Below are positions 12,701 to 25,881 of a DNA stretch of 64,000 bases, in pieces. The DNA comes from Auanema rhodensis. Its lineage: Eukaryota > Animalia > Nematoda. The notes under the pieces were generated by a model, which saw nothing but the letters and a program-made list of their open reading frames with translations, was not told the DNA's origin and did not search any database. Within the stretch, counting starts at the first letter, position 1. Every line of letters begins with the position of its first letter. The position numbers and the translations under genes were made by a program. Location: positions 23,002,001 through 23,066,000 of the forward strand of contig OZ059896.1 of the NCBI GenBank assembly GCA_964057225.1. Direction: 5' to 3'.

Positions 12701-14265
12701 ATGTAACTCGCTTCACGTAAAAGATAAAAAGATGCGGTTTTCAAAATTAGATTCCCCATGTCCATATTAGTCTAAAAACAAATTTTTATTGATATTGGTT
12801 CATGGTAACCATGTCTTTGAAATTTACGTGAACTTTAATTTATGCTAATTAAATGTACACGTGATGTGCACTTGGTATGTAACTCGCTTCACGTGAAAGA
12901 TAAAGAGATGCGGTTTTCAAAATTAGATTCCCCATGTCCATATTAGTCTAAAAACAAATTTTTATTAATATTGGTTCATGGTAACCATGTCTTTGAAATT
13001 TACGTGAACTTTAATTTATGCTAATTAAATGTACACGTGATGTGCACTTGGTATGTAACTCGCTTCACGTGAAAGATAAAGAGATGCGGTTTTCAAAATT
13101 AGATTCCCCATGTCCATATTAGTCTAAAAACAAATTTTTATTGATATTGGTTCATGGTAACCATGTCTTTGAAATTTACGTGAACTTTAATTTATGCTAA
13201 TTAAATGTACACGTGATGTGCACTTGGTATGTAACTCGCTTCACGTGAAAGATAAAGAGATGCGGTTTTCAAAATTAGATTCTCCATGTCCATATTAGTC
13301 TAAAAACAAATTTTTATTAATATTGGTTCATGGTAACCATGTCTTTGAAATTTACGTGAACTTTAATTTATGCTAATTAAATGTACACGTGATGTGCACT
13401 TGGTATGTAACTCGCTTCACGTGAAAGATAAAGAGATGCGGTTTTCAAAATTAGATTCCCCATGTCCATATTAGTCTAAAAACAAATTTTTATTGATATT
13501 GGTTCATGGTAACCATGACTTTGAAATTTACGTGAACTTTAATTTATGCTAATTAAATGTACACGTGATGTGCACTTGGTATGTAACTCGCTTCACGTAA
13601 AAGATAAAGAGATGCGGTTTTCAAAATTAGATTCCCCATGTTCATATTAGTCTAAAAACAAATTTTTATTAATATTGGTTCATGGTAACCATGTCTTTGA
13701 AATTTACGTGAACTTTAATTTATGCTAATTAAATGTACACGTGATGTGCACTTGGTATGTAACTCGCTTCACGTGAAAGATAAAGAGATGCGGTTTCCAA
13801 AATTAGATTCCCCATTTCCATATTAGTCTAAAAACAAATTTTTATTAATATTGGTTCATGGTAACCATGTCTTTGAAATTTACGTGAACTTTAATTTATG
13901 CTAATTAAATGTACACGTGATGTGCACTTGGTGTGTAACTCGCTTCACGTGAAAGATAAAGAAATGCGTTTTTCAAAATTAGATTCCCCATGTCCATATT
14001 AGTCTAAAAACAAATTTTTATTGATATTGGTTCATGGTAACCATGACTTTGAAATTTACGTGAACTTTAATTTATGCTAATTAAATGTACACGTGATGTG
14101 CACTTGGTATGTAACTCGCTTCACGTGAAAGATAAAGAGATGCGGTTTTCAAAATTAGATTCCCCATGTACATGTTAGTCTAAAAACAAATTTTTATTGA
14201 TATTGGATCATGGTAACCATGACTTTGAAATTTACGTGAACTTTAATTTATGCTAATTAAATGTA

Positions 14266-17200
14266 CACGTCATGTGCACTTGGTATGTAACTCGCTTCAC
14301 GTGAAAGAAAAAGAGATGCGGTTTTCAAAATTAGATTCCCCATGTACATGTTAGTCTAAAAACAAATTTTTATTAATATTGGTTCATGGTAACCATGTCT
14401 TTGAAATTTACGTGAACTTTAATTTATGCTAATTAAATGTACACGTCATGTGCACTTGGTATGTAACTCGCTTCACGTGAAAGATAAAGAGATGCGGTTT
14501 CCAAAATTAGATTCCCCATTTCCATATTAGTCTAAAAACAAATTTTTATTAATATTGGTTCATGGTAACCATGTCTTTGAAATTTACGTGAACTTTAATT
14601 TATGCTAATTAAATGTACACGTGATGTGCACTTGGTGTGTAACTCGCTTCACGTGAAAGATAAAGAAATGCGTTTTTCAAAATTAGATTCCCCATGTCCA
14701 TTTTAGTCTAAAAACAAATTTTTATTGATATTGGTTCATGGTAACCATGTCTTTGAAATTTACGTGAACTTTAATTTATGCTAATTAAATGTACACGTGA
14801 TGTGCACTTGGTGTGTAACTCGCTTCACGTGAAAGATAAAGAAATGCGTTTTTCAAAATTAGATTCCCCATGTCCATATTAGTCTAAAAACAAATTTTTA
14901 TTGATATTGGTTCATGGTAACCATGACTTTGAAATTTACGTGAACTTTAATTTATGCTAATTAAATGTACACGTGATGTGCACTTGGTATGTAACTCGCT
15001 TCACGTGAAAGATAAAGAGATGCGGTTTTCAAAATTAGATTCCCCATGTACATGTTAGTCTAAAAACAAATTTTTATTGATATTGGATCATGGTAACCAT
15101 GACTTTGAAATTTACGTGAACTTTAATTTATGCTAATTAAATGTACACGTCATGTGCACTTGGTATGTAACTCGCTTCACGTGAAAGAAAAAGAGATGCG
15201 GTTTTCAAAATTAGATTCCCCATGTACATGTTAGTCTAAAAACAAATTTTTATTAATATTGGTTCATGGTAACCATGTCTTTGAAATTTACGTGAACTTT
15301 AATTTATGCTAATTAAATGTACACGTGATGTGCACTTGGTATGTAACTCGCTTCACGTGAAAGATAAAGAGATGCGGTTTCCAAAATTAGATTCCCCATT
15401 TCCATATTAGTCTAAAAACAAATTTTTATTAATATTGGTTCATGGTAACCATGTCTTTGAAATTTACGTGAACTTTAATTTATGCTAATTAAATGTACAC
15501 GTGATGTGCACTTGGTGTGTAACTCGCTTCACGTGAAAGATAAAGAAATGCGTTTTTCAAAATTAGATTCCCCATGTCCATTTTAGTCTAAAAACAAATT
15601 TTTATTGATATTGGTTCATGGTAACCATGACTTTGAAATTTACGTGAACTTTAATTTATGCTAATTAAATGTACACGTGATGTGCACTTGGTATGTAACT
15701 CGCTTCACGTGAAAGATAAAGAGATGCGGTTTTCAAAATTAGATTCTCCATGTCCATATTAGTCTAAAAACAAATTTTTATTAATATTGGTTCATGGTAA
15801 CCATGTCTTTGAAATTTACGTGAACTTTAATTTATGCTAATTAAATGTACACGTGATGTGCACTTGGTATGTAACTCGCTTCACGTGAAAGATAAAGAGA
15901 TGCGGTTTTCAAAATTAGATTCCCCATGTCCATATTAGTCTAAAAACAAATTTTTATTGATATTGGTTCATGGTAACCATGACTTTGAAATTTACGTGAA
16001 CTTTAATTTATGCTAATTAAATGTACACGTCATGTGCACTTGGTATGTAACTCGCTTCACGTGAAAGAAAAAGAGATGCGGTTTTCAAAATTAGATTCCC
16101 CATGTACATGTTAGTCTAAAAACAAATTTTTATTAATATTGGTTCATGGTAACCATGTCTTTGAAATTTACGTGAACTTTAATTTATGCTAATTAAATGT
16201 ACACGTCATGTGCACTTGGTATGTAACTCGCTTCACGTGAAAGATAAAGAGATGCGGTTTCCAAAATTAGATTCCCCATTTCCATATTAGTCTAAAAACA
16301 AATTTTTATTAATATTGGTTCATGGTAACCATGTCTTTGAAATTTACGTGAACTTTAATTTATGCTAATTAAATGTACACGTGATGTGCACTTGGTGTGT
16401 AACTCGCTTCACGTGAAAGATAAAGAAATGCGTTTTTCAAAATTAGATTCCCCATGTCCATTTTAGTCTAAAAACAAATTTTTATTGATATTGGTTCATG
16501 GTAACCATGTCTTTGAAATTTACGTGAACTTTAATTTATGCTAATTAAATGTACACGTGATGTGCACTTGGTGTGTAACTCGCTTCACGTGAAAGATAAA
16601 GAAATGCGTTTTTCAAAATTAGATTCCCCATGTCCATATTAGTCTAAAAACAAATTTTTATTGATATTGGTTCATGGTAACCATGACTTTGAAATTTACG
16701 TGAACTTTAATTTATGCTAATTAAATGTACACGTGATGTGCACTTGGTATGTAACTCGCTTCACGTGAAAGATAAAGAGATGCGGTTTTCAAAATTAGAT
16801 TCCCCATGTACATGTTAGTCTAAAAACAAATTTTTATTGATATTGGATCATGGTAACCATGACTTTGAAATTTACGTGAACTTTAATTTATGCTAATTAA
16901 ATGTACACGTCATGTGCACTTGGTATGTAACTCGCTTCACGTGAAAGAAAAAGAGATGCGGTTTTCAAAATTAGATTCCCCATGTACATGTTAGTCTAAA
17001 AACAAATTTTTATTAATATTGGTTCATGGTAACCATGTCTTTGAAATTTACGTGAACTTTAATTTATGCTAATTAAATGTACACGTGATGTGCACTTGGT
17101 ATGTAACTCGCTTCACGTGAAAGATAAAGAGATGCGGTTTCCAAAATTAGATTCCCCATTTCCATATTAGTCTAAAAACAAATTTTTATTAATATTGGTT

Positions 17201-17785
17201 CATGGTAACCATGTCTTTGAAATTTACGTGAACTTTAATTTATGCTAATTAAATGTACACGTGATGTGCACTTGGTGTGTAACTCGCTTCACGTGAAAGA
17301 TAAAGAAATGCGTTTTTCAAAATTAGATTCCCCATGTCCATTTTAGTCTAAAAACAAATTTTTATTGATATTGGTTCATGGTAACCATGACTTTGAAATT
17401 TACGTGAACTTTAATTTATGCTAATTAAATGTACACGTGATGTGCACTTGGTATGTAACTCGCTTCACGTGAAAGATAAAGAGATGCGGTTTTCAAAATT
17501 AGATTCTCCATGTCCATATTAGTCTAAAAACAAATTTTTATTAATATTGGTTCATGGTAACCATGTCTTTGAAATTTACGTGAACTTTAATTTATGCTAA
17601 TTAAATGTACACGTGATGTGCACTTGGTATGTAACTCGCTTCACGTGAAAGATAAAGAGATGCGGTTTTCAAAATTAGATTCCCCATGTCCATATTAGTC
17701 TAAAAACAAATTTTTATTGATATTGGTTCATGGTAACCATGACTTTGAAATTTACGTGAACTTTAATTTATGCTAATTAAATGTA
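14266..17785. repeat. Higher-order repeat: tandem duplication of a 10-monomer (1760-bp) unit with internal 5-monomer (880-bp) periodicity
   Basis: Variants match monomer by monomer between 14266-16025 and 16026-17785. CATGTACATG occurs at 14341/16101, 15045/16805 and 15221/16981. The GAAAGAAA variant recurs every 880 bp (~14309, 15189, 16069, 16949). Confidence 0.9.
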
Positions 17786-20700
17786 CACGTGATGTGCACT
17801 TGGTATGTAACTCGCTTCACGTGAAAGATAAAGAGATGCGGTTTTCAAAATTAGATTCCCCATGTCCATATTAGTCTAAAAACAAATTTTTATTAATATT
17901 GGTTCATGGTAACCATGTCTTTGAAATTTACGTGAACTTTAATTTATGCTAATTAAATGTACACGTGATGTGCACTTGGTATGTAACTCGCTTCACGTGA
18001 AAGATAAAGAGATGCGGTTTTCAAAATTAGATTCCCCATGTCCATATTAGTATAAAAACTAATTTTTATTAATATTGGTTCATGGTAACCATGTCTTTGA
18101 AATTTACGTGAACTTTAATTTATGCTAATTAAATGTACACGTGATGTGCACTTGGTATGTAACTCGCTTCACGTGAAAGATAAAGAGATGCGGTTTTCAA
18201 AATTAGATTCCCCATGTCCATATTAGTCTAAAAACAAATTTTTATTAATATTGGTTCATGGTAACCATGTCTTTGAAATTTACGTGAACTTTAATTTATG
18301 CTAATTAAATGTACACGTGATGTGCACTTGGTATGTAACTCGCTTCACGTGAAAGATAAAGAGATGCGGTTTTCAAAATTAGATTCCCCATGTCCATATT
18401 AGTCTAAAAACAAATTTTTATTGATATTGGTTCATGGTAACCATGACTTTGAAATTTACGTGAACTTTAATTTATGCTAATTAAATGTACACGTGATGTG
18501 CACTTGGTATGTAACTCGCTTCACGTGAAAGATAAAGAGATGCGGTTTTCAAAATTAGATTCTCCATGTCCATATTAGTCTAAAAACAAATTTTTATTAA
18601 TATTGGTTCATGGTAACCATGTCTTTGAAATTTACGTGAACTTTAATTTATGCTAATTAAATGTACACGTGATGTGCACTTGGTATGTAACTCGCTTCAC
18701 GTGAAAGATAAAGAGATGCGGTTTTCAAAATTAGATTCCCCATGTCCATATTAGTCTAAAAACAAATTTTTATTGATATTGGTTCATGGTAACCATGACT
18801 TTGAAATTTACGTGAACTTTAATTTATGCTAATTAAATGTACACGTGATGTGCACTTGGTATGTAACTCGCTTCACGTAAAAGATAAAGAGATGCGGTTT
18901 TCAAAATTAGATTCCCCATGTCCATATTAGTCTAAAAACAAATTTTTATTAATATTGGTTCATGGTAACCATGTCTTTGAAATTTACGTGAACTTTAATT
19001 TATGCTAATTAAATGTACACGGGATGTGCACTTGGTATGTAACTCGCTTCACGTGAAAGATAAAGAGATGCGGTTTTCAAAATTAGATTCCCCATGTCCA
19101 TATTAGTCTAAAAACAAATTTTTATTAATATTGGTTCATGGTAACCATGTCTTTGAAATTTACGTGAACTTTAATTTATGCTAATTAAATGTACACGTGA
19201 TGTGCACTTGGTATGTAACTCGCTTCACGTGAAAGATAAAGAGATGCGGTTTTCAAAATTAGATTCCCCATGTCCATATTAGTCTAAAAACAAATTTTTA
19301 TTGATATTGGTTCATGGTAACCATGACTTTGAAATTTACGTGAACTTTAATTTATGCTAATTAAATGTACACGTGATGTGCACTTGGTATGTAACTCGCT
19401 TCACGTGAAAGATAAAGAGATGCGGTTTTCAAAATTAGATTCCCCATGTCCATATTAGTCTAAAAACAAATTTTTATTGATATTGGTTCATGGTAACCAT
19501 GACTTTGAAATTTACGTGAACTTTAATTTATGCTAATTAAATGTACACGTGATGTGCACTTGGTATGTAACTCGCTTCACGTGAAAGATAAAGAGATGCG
19601 GTTTTCAAAATTAGATTCCCCATGTTCATATTAGTCTAAAAACAAATTTTTATTAATATTGGTTCATGGTAACCATGTCTTTGAAATTTACGTGAACTTT
19701 AATTTATGCTAATTAAATGTACACGTGATGTGCACTTGGTATGTAACTCGCTTCACGTGAAAGATAAAGAGATGCGGTTTCCAAAATTAGATTCCCCATT
19801 TCCATATTAGTCTAAAAACAAATTTTTATTAATATTGGTTCATGGTAACCATGTCTTTGAAATTTACGTGAACTTTAATTTATGCTAATTAAATGTACAC
19901 GTGATGTGCACTTGGTATGTAACTCGCTTCACGTGAAAGATAAAGAGATGCGGTTTTCAAAATTAGATTCTCCATGTCCATATTAGTCTAAAAACAAATT
20001 TTTATTAATATTGGTTCATGGTAACCATGTCTTTGAAATTTACGTGAACTTTAATTTATGCTAATTAAATGTACACGTGATGTGCACTTGGTATGTAACT
20101 CGCTTCACGTGAAAGATAAAGAGATGCGGTTTTCAAAATTAGATTCCCCATGTCCATATTAGTCTAAAAACGAATTTTTATTAATATTGGTTCATGGTAA
20201 CCATGTCTTTGAAATTTACGTGAACTTTAATTTATGCTAATTAAATGTACACGGGATGTGCACTTGGTATGTAACTCGCTTCACGTGAAAGATAAAGAGA
20301 TGCGGTTTTCAAAATTAGATTCCGCATGTCCATATTAGTCTAAAAACAAATTTTTATTAATATTGGTTCATGGTAACCATGTCTTTGAAATTTACGTGAA
20401 CTTTAATTTATGCTAATTAAATGTACACGTGATGTGCACTTGGTATGTAACTCGCTTCACGTGAAAGATAAAGAGATGCGGTTTTCAAAATTAGATTCCC
20501 CATGTCCATATTAGTCTAAAAACAAATTTTTATTAATATTGGTTCATGGTAACCATGTCTTTGAAATTTACGTGAACTTTAATTTATGCTAATTAAATGT
20601 ACACGTGATGTGCACTTGGTATGTAACTCGCTTCACGTAAAAGATAAAAAGATGCGGTTTTCAAAATTAGATTCCCCATGTCCATATTAGTCTAAAAACA

Positions 20701-23700
20701 AATTTTTATTGATATTGGTTCATGGTAACCATGTCTTTGAAATTTACGTGAACTTTAATTTATGCTAATTAAATGTACACGTGATGTGCACTTGGTATGT
20801 AACTCGCTTCACGTGAAAGATAAAGAGATGCGGTTTTCAAAATTAGATTCCCCATGTCCATATTAGTCTAAAAACAAATTTTTATTAATATTGGTTCATG
20901 GTAACCATGTCTTTGAAATTTACGTGAACTTTAATTTATGCTAATTAAATGTACACGTGATGTGCACTTGGTATGTAACTCGCTTCACGTGAAAGATAAA
21001 GAGATGCGGTTTTCAAAATTAGATTCTCCATGTCCATATTAGTCTAAAAACAAATTTTTATTAATATTGGTTCATGGTAACCATGTCTTTGAAATTTACG
21101 TGAACTTTAATTTATGCTAATTAAATGTACACGTGATGTGCACTTGGTATGTAACTCGCTTCACGTGAAAGATAAAGAGATGCGGTTTTCAAAATTAGAT
21201 TCCCCATGTCCATATTAGTCTAAAAACAAATTTTTATTGATATTGGTTCATGGTAACCATGACTTTGAAATTTACGTGAACTTTAATTTATGCTAATTAA
21301 ATGTACACGTGATGTGCACTTGGTATGTAACTCGCTTCACGTGAAAGATAAAGAGATGCGGTTTTCAAAATTAGATTCCCCATGTTCATATTAGTCTAAA
21401 AACAAATTTTTATTAATATTGGTTCATGGTAACCATGTCTTTGAAATTTACGTGAACTTTAATTTATGCTAATTAAATGTACACGTGATGTGCACTTGGT
21501 ATGTAACTCGCTTCACGTGAAAGATAAAGAGATGCGGTTTCCAAAATTAGATTCCCCATTTCCATATTAGTCTAAAAACAAATTTTTATTAATATTGGTT
21601 CATGGTAACCATGTCTTTGAAATTTACGTGAACTTTAATTTATGCTAATTAAATGTACACGTGATGTGCACTTGGTATGTAACTCGCTTCACGTGAAAGA
21701 TAAAGAGATGCGGTTTTCAAAATTAGATTCTCCATGTCCATATTAGTCTAAAAACAAATTTTTATTAATATTGGTTCATGGTAACCATGTCTTTGAAATT
21801 TACGTGAACTTTAATTTATGCTAATTAAATGTACACGTGATGTGCACTTGGTATGTAACTCGCTTCACGTGAAAGATAAAGAGATGCGGTTTTCAAAATT
21901 AGATTCCCCATGTCCATATTAGTCTAAAAACAAATTTTTATTGATATTGGTTCATGGTAACCATGACTTTGAAATTTACGTGAACTTTAATTTATGCTAA
22001 TTAAATGTACACGTGATGTGCACTTGGTATGTAACTCGCTTCACGTGAAAGATAAAGAGATGCGGTTTTCAAAATTAGATTCCCTATGTCCATATTAGTC
22101 TAAAAACAAATTTTTATTAATATTGGTTAATGGTAACCATGTCTTTGAAATTTACGTGAACTTTAATTTATGCTAATTAAATGTACACGTGATGTGCACT
22201 TGGTATGTAACTCGCTTCACGTGAAAGATAAAGAGATGCGGTTTTCAAAATTAGATTCCCCATGTCCATATTAGTATAAAAACTAATTTTTATTAATATT
22301 GGTTCATGGTAACCATGTCTTTGAAATTTACGTGAACTTTAATTTATGCTAATTAAATGTACACGTGATGTGCACTTGGTATGTAACTCGCTTCACGTGA
22401 AAGATAAAGAGATGCGGTTTTCAAAATTAGATTCCCCATGTCCATATTAGTCTAAAAACAAATTTTTATTAATATTGGTTCATGGTAACCATGTCTTTGA
22501 AATTTACGTGAACTTTAATTTATGCTAATTAAATGTACACGTGATGTGCACTTGGTATGTAACTCGCTTCACGTGAAAGATAAAGAGATGCGGTTTTCAA
22601 AATTAGATTCCCCATGTCCATATTAGTCTAAAAACAAATTTTTATTGATATTGGTTCATGGTAACCATGACTTTGAAATTTACGTGAACTTTAATTTATG
22701 CTAATTAAATGTACACGTGATGTGCACTTGGTATGTAACTCGCTTCACGTGAAAGATAAAGAGATGCGGTTTTCAAAATTAGATTCTCCATGTCCATATT
22801 AGTCTAAAAACAAATTTTTATTAATATTGGTTCATGGTAACCATGTCTTTGAAATTTACGTGAACTTTAATTTATGCTAATTAAATGTACACGTGATGTG
22901 CACTTGGTATGTAACTCGCTTCACGTGAAAGATAAAGAGATGCGGTTTTCAAAATTAGATTCCCCATGTCCATATTAGTCTAAAAACAAATTTTTATTGA
23001 TATTGGTTCATGGTAACCATGACTTTGAAATTTACGTGAACTTTAATTTATGCTAATTAAATGTACACGTGATGTGCACTTGGTATGTAACTCGCTTCAC
23101 GTGAAAGATAAAGAGATGCGGTTTTCAAAATTAGATTCCCCATGTCCATATTAGTCTAAAAACAAATTTTTATTAATATTGGTTCATGGTAACCATGTCT
23201 TTGAAATTTACGTGAACTTTAATTTATGCTAATTAAATGTACACGTGATGTGCACTTGGTATGTAACTCGCTTCACGTGAAAGATAAAGAGATGCGGTTT
23301 TCAAAATTAGATTCCCCATGTCCATATTAGTATAAAAACAAATTTTTATTAATATTGGTTCATGGTAACCATGTCTTTGAAATTTACGTGAACTTTAATT
23401 TATGCTAATTAAATGTACACGTGATGTGCACTTGGTATGTAACTCGCTTCACATGAAAGATAAAGAGATGCGGTTTTCAAAATTAGATTCCCCATGTCCA
23501 TATTAGTCTAAAAACAAATTTTTATTAATATTGGTTCATGGTAACCATGTCTTTGAAATTTACGTGAACTTTAATTTATGCTAATTAAATGTACACGTGA
23601 TGTGCACTTGGTATGTAACTCGCTTCACGTGAAAGATAAAGAGATGCGGTTTTCAAAATTAGATTCCCCATGTCCATATTAGTCTAAAAACAAATTTTTA

Positions 23701-25881
23701 TTGATATTGGTTCATGGTAACCATGACTTTGAAATTTACGTGAACTTTAATTTATGCTAATTAAATGTACACGTGATGTGCACTTGGTATGTAACTCGCT
23801 TCACGTGAAAGATAAAGAGATGCGGTTTTCAAAATTAGATTCCCCATTTCCATATTAGTCTAAAAACAAATTTTTATTAATATTGGTTCATGGTAACCAT
23901 GTCTTTGAAATTTACGTGAACTTTAATTTATGCTAATTAAATGTACACGTGATGTGCACTTGGTATGTAACTCGCTTCACGTGAAAGATAAAGAGATGCG
24001 GTTTTCAAAATTAGATTCCCCATGTCCATATTAGTCTAAAAACAAATTTTTATTGATATTGGTTCATGGTAACCATGATTTTGATATTTACGTGAACTTT
24101 AATTTATGCTAATTAAATGTACACGTGATGTGAACTTGGTATGTAACTCGCTTCACGTGAAAGATAAAGAAATGCGGTTTTCAAAATTAGATTCCCCATG
24201 TCCATATTAGTCTAAAAACAAATTTTTATTGATATTGGTTCATGGTAACCATGACTTTGAAATTTACGTGAACTTTAATTTATGCTAATTAAATGTACAC
24301 GTGATGTGCACTTGGTATGTAACTCGCTTCACGTGAAAGATAAAGAGATGCGGTTTCCAAAATTAGATTCCCCATTTCCATATTAGTCTAAAAACAAATT
24401 TTTATTAATATTGGTTCATGGTAACCATGTCTTTGAAATTTACGTGAACTTTAATTTATGCTAATTAAATGTACACGTGATGTGCACTTGGTATGTAACT
24501 CGCTTCACGTGAAAGATAAAGAAATGCGGTTTTCGAAATTAGATTCCCCATGTCCATATTAGTCTAAAAACAAATTTTTATTAATATTGGTTCATGGTAA
24601 CCATGTCTTTGAAATTTACGTGAACTTTAATTTATGCTAATTAAATGTACACGTGATGTGCACTTGGTATGTAACTCGCTTCACGTGAAAGATAAAGAGA
24701 TGCGGTTTTCAAAATTAGATTCCCCATGTCCATATTAGTCTAAAAACAAATTTTTATTGATATTGGTTCATGGTAACCATGACTTTGAAATTTACGTGAA
24801 CTTTAATTTATGCTAATTAAATGTACACGTGATGTGCACTTGGTATGTAACTCGCTTCACGTGAAAGATAAAGAGATGCGGTTTTCAAAATTAGATTCCC
24901 CATGTCCATATTAGTCTAAAAACAAATTTTTATCGATATTGGTTCATGGTAACCATGACTTTGAAATTTACGTGAACTTTAATTTATGCTAATTAAATGT
25001 ACACGTGATGTGCACTTGGTATGTAACTCGCTTCACGTGAAAGATAAAGAGATGCGGTTTTCAAAATTAGATTCCCCATGTCCATATTAGTCTAAAAACA
25101 AATTTTTATTAATATTGGTTCATGGTAACCATGTCTTTGAAATTTACGTGAACTTTAATTTATGCTAATTAAATGTACACGTGATGTGCACTTGGTATGT
25201 AACTCGCTTCACGTGAAAGATAAAGAGATGCGGTTTTCAAAATTAGATTCCCCATGTCCATATTAGTCTAAAAACAAATTTTTATTAATATTGGTTCATG
25301 GTAACCATGTCTTTGAAATTTACGTGAACTTTAATTTATGCTAATTAAATGTACACGTGATGTGCACTTGGTATGTAACTCGCTTCACGTGAAAGATAAA
25401 GAGATGCGGTTTTCAAAATTAGATTCCCCATGTCCATATTAGTCTAAAAACAAATTTTTATTAATATTGGTTCATGGTAACCATGTCTTTGAAATTTACG
25501 TGAACTTTAATTTATGCTAATTAAATGTACACGTGATGTGCACTTGGTATGTAACTCGCTTCACGTAAAAGATAAAAAGATGCGGTTTTCAAAATTAGAT
25601 TCCCCATGTCCATATTAGTCTAAAAACAAATTTTTATTGATATTGGTTCATGGTAACCATGATTTTGAAATTTACGTGAACTTTAATTTATGCTAATTAA
25701 ATGTACACGTGATGTGCACTTGATATGTAACTCGCTTCACGTGAAAGATAAAGAAATGCGGTTTTCAAAATTAGATTCCCCATGTCCATTTTAGTCTAAA
25801 AACAAATTTTTATTGATATTGGTTCATGGTAACCATGACTTTGAAATTTACGTGAACTTTAATTTATGCTAATTAAATGTA

